Shown piece after piece: positions 19,689 through 28,177 of a stretch of 64,000 nucleotides of DNA (its first letter is position 1; each line of letters opens with the position of its first letter). The stretch spans positions 7,794-71,793 of the forward strand of contig DEBC01000089.1 in assembly GCA_002348365.1 (NCBI GenBank), given 5' to 3'. Below the pieces are notes generated by a model. That model saw only the letters and a program-made list of their open reading frames with translations, searched no databases and was not told the DNA's origin. This DNA comes from Alphaproteobacteria bacterium UBA2966 (GTDB lineage: Bacteria; Pseudomonadota; Alphaproteobacteria; UBA2966). Position numbers and translations under genes: made by a program.

Positions 19689-20708
19689 GTGGCCAGAAAA
19701 AAGAAAAGCGCTCCTGTTTTCGGCACCGTGGCACTCGTGGGCATCGGATTGATCGGGTCTTCTCTGGCGCGTGTGATGCGCCGCGAAGGTCTGGCGGAGC
19801 GAATTGTCGGCTGCGCGCGCACCCGTCGCACCCGTGCGAAGGCACGAGAGCTTGGACTCGTTGACGCAACCTTCGCCAGCGCACGACAAGCGGCCAAGGG
19901 TGCCGATTTGATCGTCATTTGCTCTCCGGTCAGCACCTACGCAGCGATCGGCGAAACCATCGGGCCAGTACTGAAGTCAGGCGCGATCGTGACCGATGTT
20001 GGGTCTGTGAAGCGGGCGGTGATCGATGCCTTGGCACCGCACATTCCTGACGGTGCCCACCTGGTGCCTGGTCATCCGGTGGCGGGCACCGAGCATTCGG
20101 GTCCCGAGGCCGGATTCGCTGAACTTTTCGAAGGGCGCTGGTGCATTCTGACACCGGACGACGCAACCGATTCATCTGCCGTGAAACGTGTGACCGAGCT
20201 GTGGCGCCGGGCTGGAAGTCGTGTCGAAATCATGGACGCCAGCCATCACGATTTGGTGCTTGCCGTGACCTCTCATCTGCCGCACCTCATTGCATATAAC
20301 ATCGTGGGGACGGCCGCGGACCTGGAATCGGTGACCGAATCAGAGGTCTTCAAATACTCGGCGGGCGGATTCCGCGATTTCACACGAATCGCCGCTTCCG
20401 ATCCGGTTATGTGGCGAGACGTATTTCTGCACAACCGTGACGCCGTCCTCGAGGTGCTGGGAAGATTCAACGAGGATCTGTCCGCGCTTCAGCGTGCCAT
20501 CCGTTGGGGCCAGGGCGATTCACTCGAAGAACTGTTTGCACGCACCCGGGCCATACGCCGCGGAGTGATCGAGGCAGGCCAGGCCGAAGAGCCCGGCGCG
20601 GGAGGCGCGAAGCCTAAGGCGCGGGCGCGCCCAGCCAAGAAAAATCGAGGGAATGCAGCGGGAAAATCCTCAACGGCCCGGCGGTCAACCAGCCGTTCTG
20701 GGCGGTGA
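19689..20708 (+). CDS. tyrA: Prephenate/arogenate (cyclohexadienyl) dehydrogenase
   Basis: GIGLIGSS, DVGSVK, HPVAGTE, SHLPH, GFRDFTRIA; GTG start at 19689. Confidence 0.9.
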   Translation: MARKKKSAPVFGTVALVGIGLIGSSLARVMRREGLAERIVGCARTRRTRAKARELGLVDATFASARQAAKGADLIVICSPVSTYAAIGETIGPVLKSGAIVTDVGSVKRAVIDALAPHIPDGAHLVPGHPVAGTEHSGPEAGFAELFEGRWCILTPDDATDSSAVKRVTELWRRAGSRVEIMDASHHDLVLAVTSHLPHLIAYNIVGTAADLESVTESEVFKYSAGGFRDFTRIAASDPVMWRDVFLHNRDAVLEVLGRFNEDLSALQRAIRWGQGDSLEELFARTRAIRRGVIEAGQAEEPGAGGAKPKARARPAKKNRGNAAGKSSTARRSTSRSGR

Positions 20709-21702
20709 GCGGCAGGACGATACCGCCGTTTTCTGCGGAGTCCGAAAACACGCTGAGACCGATCTTCGCTGCCGCACCCTCCGCCGGTCGGATTCTGCCA
20801 GCTTGAACCAGAGAGTCGATGACCACGCGGTGACCGCGCACCGTTGCAGTGAGCGCTGCCAACGGGCGGTTGCGTTTGTCGAGGCTCAGTGTGCCTTCAG
20901 CGTCGACAGTCAGGGCACCCCATCGCAAAGCCAGGGACTCGACGTCGATGGTGCCACCATTGTCGCGCCACGACGCGAGGTCACGTCCTTGCAGAGATCT
21001 CGGTAGATATCCTTTCGCGCTGAGTTTCCAGGCAATCTGCTCGATCACCGTGCTCAGAGCGGTCGTTTCGACAATAGGAAGTTGTGCCTGATGAATTCGT
21101 CCCCGAAGGCGCAGTGTGACCGGGTCACCGGGAGAATGCTCACGCACCCCGCTCACGCCGAGAGATCGTATTGTTACAGGCTTGGTCAGCGTGGTGCTGT
21201 GGATATGGATGTTTGACAGCGCCGCTTCGAGAAATCGAACTCCCCCTTGGGACGACTCAATTTCGGCGATGGCGGTTTCAAAACCTACGATCGAGCGCGT
21301 ATCGGTGCCTTGGGCGGTCAAACGCAATTCGTGACCACCACTGAGGTCTGCAGTTATGGCATTGGGAGTCCAGATGCTTGCTCGGCCGTGGATGGCCCCG
21401 CCCTGCCACGTCCACGCCAGATCAGACGGCATAGTCTCGATGGCAACCGATTCAGCTCTCACCTCGAACGCAAATGGATAGCCCCCGTAGTGAAGCTCGG
21501 CCAACTCAACGCTTCCACCCCTGTCTCGAATTGCCTGGGACCAGTCCTCGATAGCACGCTCGGCGGCGGATATTCCCTGATGCCAATACAACGTGTGAAA
21601 TACCAGGAGGATCGCGCTCGTCACGCTGACGATGGCAATGATCCACTTCGTAAATCGCGGCAAGATCGCCGCGTGCAGGCGAGGCATGGCTGGCAACGGC
21701 AT
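20614..21702 (-). CDS. DUF2125-like protein
   Basis: N-terminal TM, GGYPFAF, WRDNGGTI; usual position between tyrA and chaC. Confidence 0.7.
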   Translation of the reverse strand: MPLPAMPRLHAAILPRFTKWIIAIVSVTSAILLVFHTLYWHQGISAAERAIEDWSQAIRDRGGSVELAELHYGGYPFAFEVRAESVAIETMPSDLAWTWQGGAIHGRASIWTPNAITADLSGGHELRLTAQGTDTRSIVGFETAIAEIESSQGGVRFLEAALSNIHIHSTTLTKPVTIRSLGVSGVREHSPGDPVTLRLRGRIHQAQLPIVETTALSTVIEQIAWKLSAKGYLPRSLQGRDLASWRDNGGTIDVESLALRWGALTVDAEGTLSLDKRNRPLAALTATVRGHRVVIDSLVQAGRIRPAEGAAAKIGLSVFSDSAENGGIVLPLTAQNGWLTAGPLRIFPLHSLDFSWLGAPAP

Positions 21703-21866
21703 GGGATACGAGATTATATCGCTCGCCAGGTCATTTGGGTGTCCGACTCTTCGAGTGCAAATGAAGCTTCCATCATATGTGCCTGCTGAGAAGGAGACTC
21801 GATGATCTTGGCGCGACCCATTTCATCTCATAGGTTAGGCGCAAGCAGAGTCGAATGGAGACGGGG

Positions 21867-22640
21867 ATGTCTGAGCCCAGAGTGGTTGTGATCACGGGTG
21901 GCGCAAGTGGCATGGGTCACGGAACGGGGCACCGGTTTGCCGAAAACGGCGATCAAATCGTGGTCGCGGATGTGAATTCCAATCTTGGACACGCGGTTGT
22001 CAGGGAGATCGAGGACAAGGGTGGCCGCGCGATTTTTCATGACCTCGATGTCAGTGAGGAAGAGTCCGTCAACGACTTGGTGGCGTGGGTCGAGTCAGAA
22101 ATAGGTCCCATCGATGTGCTGGTGAACTCGGCAGGTGTTCTGCAAAATCCGATGCCCATTACTGAGATGTCCATGGAAGAACACGATCGCATGTGGGACA
22201 TCAACAATCGCGGGCTCTACATGTGTTGCCGCGCCGTGGCACCGCATATGAAAGGGCGTGGTCGCGGGAACATCATCAACATCGCCTCGACCACCAGCTT
22301 TGTCGCTTGGCCGTTGACTGCCTATGACCCCGGCAAGACTTCCGTGAAGATGCTGACCGAAGTGCTGGCTGCCGAGATGGGGCCGAAAGGCGTAAGGGTC
22401 AACGCTGTGGCACCCCATATCACGGCGACGCCGGCAATTCAGTCGCGCATCGACGCGGGCGAACGCGATCCAGCAAAGATTGTTGCCCAGAATGCCTTGC
22501 CTCGAATGGTTGAGGTCGAGGATGTCGCAGAAGCGATCTTTTTTTTGTGCTCGCCCGAGGCGAAGGCCATTACCGGTGTAACGTTGCCGGTCGATTGCGG
22601 TTTCCTCGTCGCCAGTTCGTACAACACCTACCCGAAATAG
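21867..22640 (+). CDS. SDR family oxidoreductase
   Basis: TGGASGMG, NSAG, YDPGK. Confidence 0.88.
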   Translation: MSEPRVVVITGGASGMGHGTGHRFAENGDQIVVADVNSNLGHAVVREIEDKGGRAIFHDLDVSEEESVNDLVAWVESEIGPIDVLVNSAGVLQNPMPITEMSMEEHDRMWDINNRGLYMCCRAVAPHMKGRGRGNIINIASTTSFVAWPLTAYDPGKTSVKMLTEVLAAEMGPKGVRVNAVAPHITATPAIQSRIDAGERDPAKIVAQNALPRMVEVEDVAEAIFFLCSPEAKAITGVTLPVDCGFLVASSYNTYPK

Positions 22641-22650
22641 CTATTGCGAC

Positions 22651-23244
22651 ATGGTTCCGTCGTCTCGCAGGGACGGACTTCAGAATCTCGACCATCTTCA
22701 TGATGGTGGTGAACTGTGGGTGTTCGGCTATGGCTCCCTGATGTGGCGACCTGGATTTCCGCACCTCGAAGCGCATACGGCGTTGATTCGAGGTGTGCAT
22801 CGCGCGGCCTGTGTTATTTCGCATCGGCATCGGGGAACGCGGGAACGACCCGGCGTGGTCATGGGATTGGATGCCGGTGGCTCCTGCAAAGGGCGGGTCT
22901 ATCGCGTGGCTGCTCCGGAGGCTGCAGGCGTCCTTGACTATCTCCACGACCGTGAGATGGGTGGTTACGACGTCTATAAACCGTCCAAGCGTCAGGTACT
23001 CATCCTGACCGACGGTCAGCGGCACCTCGTCTCAGCGCTGTGTTTTGTGGTCGACCGATACCACGATCAATACGCGGGCAGGATGTCCCGATCCGATCTC
23101 ATCACACATATTCGCCAGGGAGTCGGTGAAGGTGGCACTTGCCGAGATTACTTCGAGAATCTGGTGCGTCATCTCGACGATCTGGGAATCGCCGATGGTC
23201 CCATACACCATCTTTTTGAAGCTGTTGGCATGAGTTCGGCCTAG
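22651..23244 (+). CDS. Gamma-glutamylcyclotransferase ChaC family
   Basis: WVFGYGSLMW, HRGT..PG, YLHDRE. Confidence 0.88.
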   Translation: MVPSSRRDGLQNLDHLHDGGELWVFGYGSLMWRPGFPHLEAHTALIRGVHRAACVISHRHRGTRERPGVVMGLDAGGSCKGRVYRVAAPEAAGVLDYLHDREMGGYDVYKPSKRQVLILTDGQRHLVSALCFVVDRYHDQYAGRMSRSDLITHIRQGVGEGGTCRDYFENLVRHLDDLGIADGPIHHLFEAVGMSSA

Positions 23245-23329
23245 AAGGTCCTGCCGCCCTTTATATTGGGGCGCCAGAGCGTTACGATTTCATACTCTGC
23301 GATGTCTCGATGGGATGGAGGGCGCGACG

Positions 23330-24688
23330 ATGAACGTTCACCAGATGAATGTACCCGAAGCCTATGCCGGCTATCATTTGCGTGATCTACCTCATGAAGA
23401 TGCGGAACTGACCCATGTCGGACCAGGCGCGCCCTGTGGTGAGTACATGCGCAGGTTCTGGCAGCCTGTTTGCCTGTCACAGGAACTGACAGACCTGCCT
23501 CACGCCACCCGAATTCTCGGTGAGGACTTGGTTGCCTTCCGCGACAAGTCCGGTGATGTGGGAGTCCTGCACCGTCATTGCAGCCATCGCGGTACGTCAC
23601 TGGAATACGGCATTGTCGCCGAACATGGAATCCGTTGCTGTTATCACGGCTGGTTGTTCGGTACCGACGGAACCATCCTCGAGACACCAGGTGAGCCGCC
23701 GAATTCGAAACTGCGGGAGAGCTTTCGCCATGGCGCCTATCCGGCTCGGGAGTACGAAGGCCTTGTGTTTGCCTACATGGGGCCGCCCGATGAAGAACCC
23801 GAATTCCCCATGTTCGACACCTATTATTTGTCCGACAACAAACTGGTTCCCTATTCCTGCCACTACTCGTGCAGCTGGTTGCAGGTGCACGAAAACTTTG
23901 TCGACCCTATCCACGCCGTTTTCCTGCACACGCGCCTGACGGGCACCCAATTCACGGATGCCTGGCATGATTTGCCGGCCACTGAATTCATCGAGAAGGA
24001 TGCAGGCCTCTATTACATCACGACCCGTCAGGTCGGCGATCGTATCTGGGTTCGCACGAACCACATCATGTTGCCCAACTTCGGCCAGGTCGCGGCGTTG
24101 TGGGAGGCGGTCGAAAAAGAGAAATTGTTCAATCGTGCCAGCGTCACGCGGTGGTCAGTGCCGATCGACGATACCAATTCATGGATCTTCGGTTACCGGC
24201 ACTTCAACGATGTAGTCGACACGGCCGGCATCGGCAAGGAAGAGGAGTGCGGTATCGACTCCGTGGACTTCCTGGGCCAGACCGGGAACCGGCCCTACGA
24301 AGAACGTCAACGCGAGCCTGGCGATTGGGATGCCCTCGTTGGACAGAGGCCGATTGCCATTCACGCCAAGGAGCACCTTGGCACCACCGATCGCGGCGTT
24401 GCGATGTGGCGGAAAATCCTGCGGGAGGGTATCCGTGGCGAAGGGCGCTTTGCAGGCAAGCCGGCGACGTGGGGTTATGCCGGTGATCCTATTCATACCT
24501 ATACGCATGACACCTGCCTTGAGATTCCAGACAACGGCATGAAGGGTGCCGAGCAGATGGAGTATCTCTCCCAGGTGGGCCGCGAGGCTCTTGACTGCAT
24601 CTTCTCGGGCGATGCCTTGGAGGGGGAGGAGCGTAAGTCACACATTGAGCAACAGCTCATCGCGTTGCGCGATCGCTATCGCGCGTGA
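23330..24688 (+). CDS. Rieske non-heme iron oxygenase (phthalate 4,5-dioxygenase-like)
   Basis: CSHRG...CCYHGW Rieske motif; ENFVDPIHAVFLH mononuclear Fe motif. Confidence 0.88.
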   Translation: MNVHQMNVPEAYAGYHLRDLPHEDAELTHVGPGAPCGEYMRRFWQPVCLSQELTDLPHATRILGEDLVAFRDKSGDVGVLHRHCSHRGTSLEYGIVAEHGIRCCYHGWLFGTDGTILETPGEPPNSKLRESFRHGAYPAREYEGLVFAYMGPPDEEPEFPMFDTYYLSDNKLVPYSCHYSCSWLQVHENFVDPIHAVFLHTRLTGTQFTDAWHDLPATEFIEKDAGLYYITTRQVGDRIWVRTNHIMLPNFGQVAALWEAVEKEKLFNRASVTRWSVPIDDTNSWIFGYRHFNDVVDTAGIGKEEECGIDSVDFLGQTGNRPYEERQREPGDWDALVGQRPIAIHAKEHLGTTDRGVAMWRKILREGIRGEGRFAGKPATWGYAGDPIHTYTHDTCLEIPDNGMKGAEQMEYLSQVGREALDCIFSGDALEGEERKSHIEQQLIALRDRYRA

Positions 24689-24744
24689 AGTGCTCTGGCA
24701 AGCGCTTCCCGCCCGGCTGACTCCAACCGTGAAGGCGTAAACTC

Positions 24745-25145
24745 ATGGCGATGCGGCAACTGATCAAATCCGCCTCGCTTCGGCAAACGGATTTCTACCA
24801 TCACATCAGTATTAGTGAGGGGGCAGGACCATCCGTGTTGCGGGGCAAGTGGCGTTCGATCGCGACCGGAATCTGTTGGGAGGTGACAGTCTGGAAGCTC
24901 AAACCCGGCATGCATTCCAGAACCTGCAGACGGCTCTGGCAGCGGGTGGCGCCACACTCGAGGATCTCGTGATGATGACCTTTTACGTGGTCGGATATCA
25001 GGAACCTCACCGCGACGTCTTGATGACCGTCATGGATGAATTTTTGACACCAGAGCAGCGCCCGCCGTCCACGCTTCTGGGGGTGCAGGCATTGGCCTAT
25101 AAGGAGTTGCTCGTCGAGATCGACGGCGTGGCCGTCGTCGACTAA
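24745..25145 (+). pseudogene. RidA family protein with a frameshift
   Basis: MAMRQLIKSASL..YHHISISEG continues as RTIRVAGQVAFDRD only if one G is added to the G5 run at 24819-24823; C-terminal LVEIDGVAV. Confidence 0.7.
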
Positions 25146-25243
25146 GATCAAGAGAAGAACCCTGCCCGGAAGCAAGCCGGGTCATCGTACCAACAACCGA
25201 CGGCCGCCAACCGGCTGATTCTCCGCAAGACTGCATAGCAAAC

Positions 25244-26914
25244 ATGAGACGCAACGGCATCTCGGAGAACTACGACTATGTCGTCGTCGGCGGTGGATCA
25301 GCGGGGTGCATCGTGGCCAATCGGCTCAGCGCCGATCCCAACAATCGCGTCATCTTGCTGGAGGCCGGCAGCAGCGGCCGTAACCCGCTCTATCGGGTGC
25401 CTTTGGTCGCAGGAAAACTGAGCCACGGCCATTTCAACGATTGGAACTACCAAACCGAACCGGATCCAGGTGTCAACGATCGTCGCATGGATTGGCCTCG
25501 AGCCAAGATGCTCGGCGGCTGCTCGATGATCGCCGGCATGATGTACGTCCGCGGCCATCCATCGGACTTCGACACCTGGGCGCAGCTTGGCAATCGCGGC
25601 TGGAGTTATCGCGAGGTCCTGCCCTATTTCAAACGGGCCGAAGATCATGAGTTCGGCGCCGATGAGTACCACGGCACGGGCGGGGAGCTACATGTGCGGG
25701 GTCCGCGCTCCGACAACCCGATTCTGCCCGCCTACATCGAAGCAGGCCGGCAGGCGGGCTATCCGCTCACGGATGACTTCAATGGGGAGAGCCAGGAGGG
25801 ATTCGGCCGCTACCACTTCAACATCAAGGATGGACAGCGCTGGAGCACCGCGCGTGCCTACCTCGATCCGGTGCGTGGCCGCCCCAACCTGACCGTTCTG
25901 ACCGGAGCCCATGCGACGGAGATCCAGTTCGATGGCCATCGGGCATCCGGCGTCACCTTTCGCCGTAACGGCCAGGACTCGCGAGTGAATGCGGAGCGTG
26001 AAATCGTTCTCTGCGGCGGCGCTGTCAATTCTCCGCAGCTGCTTATGCTGTCGGGCATCGGTCCCGCGGACGCTTTGACCAGTCATGGAATAGCGGTGCG
26101 AGTAGATCTCGCTGGTGTGGGGCGCAATCTCCAAGACCATCTCGATCTGTCGGTTTGCCACGCTAGCCGGCAGCCGGTCACGGTGTTCAGCCTGCTGTCT
26201 GCTGATCGTTTTGCAATTGCGGTCGCGAGAGCACTGCTGTTTGGCACCGGTCCCGCTACCGTCTTTCCTCAGGAGGCAGGCGGATTTATTCGAAGTGAAC
26301 CGGATCTGGAGGTGCCGGATCTCCAGGCACACTTATTGCCGTTGCTTGTGGATCGCATGAAGCTGCGCCCGCCGTTCGCTTATCTGTTCGACAGAAATCC
26401 TGTGGACGGTCACGGATATGCCATCCGAACCAGTTTGTTGAGACCGCACAGCCGCGGCACGATCGAACTGAGATCGGCTGATCCGTTCGCAAATCCGATG
26501 ATCCGCCCGAACTATCTTTCTGACCGGCGCGATATCGACCTGTTTCGCAAGTCTGTGCACATCAGCCGGGACCTCATGTCGCAGGAGGCCCTTAAGCCCT
26601 TCAGCGCCGGCGAGATCGAACCGGGCAACCAGGTGCAATGCGATGAAGATCAGGAACCCTGGATCAGGAAGGCCGCGACGACCGAATTCCATCCGACCAG
26701 CACCTGTACCATGGGGGAAGGAACGGACGCGGTGGTGGATGGGGAGTTACGGGTGTATGGGGTAGACGGTCTGAGAGTCGCTGATGCCTCCATCATGCCC
26801 GTCATCACTGGAGGCAACATCAACGCACCGACGATGATGATCGGTGAGAAAGCAGCAGACCTGGTATTGGGAAAGAAGCCCCTGGAAGTCTGCACGGCCA
26901 CCGATACGGGATAA
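25244..26914 (+). CDS. GMC oxidoreductase (choline dehydrogenase-like)
   Basis: GGGSAG, NSPQLLMLSGIG, FHPTSTC, GNINAP. Confidence 0.9.
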   Translation: MRRNGISENYDYVVVGGGSAGCIVANRLSADPNNRVILLEAGSSGRNPLYRVPLVAGKLSHGHFNDWNYQTEPDPGVNDRRMDWPRAKMLGGCSMIAGMMYVRGHPSDFDTWAQLGNRGWSYREVLPYFKRAEDHEFGADEYHGTGGELHVRGPRSDNPILPAYIEAGRQAGYPLTDDFNGESQEGFGRYHFNIKDGQRWSTARAYLDPVRGRPNLTVLTGAHATEIQFDGHRASGVTFRRNGQDSRVNAEREIVLCGGAVNSPQLLMLSGIGPADALTSHGIAVRVDLAGVGRNLQDHLDLSVCHASRQPVTVFSLLSADRFAIAVARALLFGTGPATVFPQEAGGFIRSEPDLEVPDLQAHLLPLLVDRMKLRPPFAYLFDRNPVDGHGYAIRTSLLRPHSRGTIELRSADPFANPMIRPNYLSDRRDIDLFRKSVHISRDLMSQEALKPFSAGEIEPGNQVQCDEDQEPWIRKAATTEFHPTSTCTMGEGTDAVVDGELRVYGVDGLRVADASIMPVITGGNINAPTMMIGEKAADLVLGKKPLEVCTATDTG

Positions 26915-26959
26915 CGCGTTTCCGACTCCAGAGAACTTTGATCCCGAGGGGAGTTTCAC

Positions 26960-27379
26960 ATGAAAGTCGATGGTGGATGTCACTGCGGCCATCTCACGTA
27001 TGAGGCGGAGATTGACGAGTCTATCGTGACGGTGTGCCATTGCACCGACTGCCAAAACCTTGCGGGCACCCCGTTTCGCGTGACCGCCCACAGTTTCGAG
27101 GGTTCTTTTACTCTACTGACGGGCAAGCCGAAGGAATACGTAAAGACCGGAGGAAGCGGAAATCCCCGCATACAGGCCTTCTGTGCCGAATGCGGGTCAC
27201 AGATTTATTCGACGTCCGTGGGTGAAGGCCCCAAGGTTTACAATCTTCGTGTGGGCACAATTCGCCAGCGCGACAGTCTCGTGCCAACCCGACAGATATG
27301 GGCTCGGTCGGCGCATCACTGGATCGATAATCTCTCATCGGTTCCAATGTATCAGGAAGGCCCTCCTCAACCCCGCTAG
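26960..27379 (+). CDS. GFA/CENP-V family protein
   Basis: GGCHCG, CHCTDCQ, FCAECG. Confidence 0.88.
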   Translation: MKVDGGCHCGHLTYEAEIDESIVTVCHCTDCQNLAGTPFRVTAHSFEGSFTLLTGKPKEYVKTGGSGNPRIQAFCAECGSQIYSTSVGEGPKVYNLRVGTIRQRDSLVPTRQIWARSAHHWIDNLSSVPMYQEGPPQPR

Positions 27380-27419
27380 CGGGGCACACGTAATGTCGAA
27401 TGCACAGAAGGTCCAGATC

Positions 27420-27860
27420 ATGAAAATTGACGGTGCCTGTCACTGCGGTGACCTCACCTATGAGGCGGAACTCAACCTCGAACAGGTCCTGGTCTGTCAC
27501 TGCACTGACTGTCAGGCCATGTCGGCCACCGCGTTTCGCGTCGTCGCGCGTAGCAAGCCCGACACGCTGACGTTGCTTACCGGAAATCCCAGTACGTACA
27601 GCAAGATTGGAACGAGCGGGGCGGAGCGCGTGCTGTCTTTCTGCCCCCGTTGTGGAACCAATGTTTTTTCGACAACAGCGGGCGATGGCCCGAAGGTCCA
27701 TTCAATTCGCACGGGATCAATCCGCCAGCGCGCCGAACTCGTTCCAGTGGCACAAATGTGGACGCGGTCCGGACAACCCTGGGTGGACAGTCTCTCATCG
27801 ATCCCGAAATTGGAGGAGGCTTACGGACCTCCTGGCGGGATCACCACCTATGATCGGTAG
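27420..27860 (+). CDS. GFA/CENP-V family protein (tandem paralog)
   Basis: GACHCG, CHCTDCQ, FCPRCG; ATG at 27420 after GAAGG. Confidence 0.85.
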   Translation: MKIDGACHCGDLTYEAELNLEQVLVCHCTDCQAMSATAFRVVARSKPDTLTLLTGNPSTYSKIGTSGAERVLSFCPRCGTNVFSTTAGDGPKVHSIRTGSIRQRAELVPVAQMWTRSGQPWVDSLSSIPKLEEAYGPPGGITTYDR

Positions 27861-28072
27861 TTCAAGGAAGGCTCGCGGCGCAACTGTTTCACGAGGAAAT
27901 CCACGATCGCGCGGATGCGGGCGGAGGCATTATCCGGTTCCTTGTGCACGACATGCACAGGCACGGCAGGCGGGGCGGTCTCGTCGAGCACAAGTTCGAG
28001 CTCTCCCAATTCGAGTTGCGGTGCAATCATGTAGGAGAGCACGCGGGTGATGCCTCGCCCCGCCACGGCGAC
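27848..28072 (-). pseudogene. C-terminal remnant of a LysR (CrgA-like) regulator
   Basis: AVAGRGITRVLSY..GELELVL..PVHVV..SARIRAIVDFL; no room for an HTH before nrdJ. Confidence 0.7.
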
Positions 28073-28177
28073 GTGCTCAATTATCGGGAACGCTCGGGAC
28101 CCGGTTGCAGTGAGGCGTGTAGCTAGACCCCCGTTCTTTCGCGAGTCAGTAGACAAGTAACCCGCAACTGGGAACGC

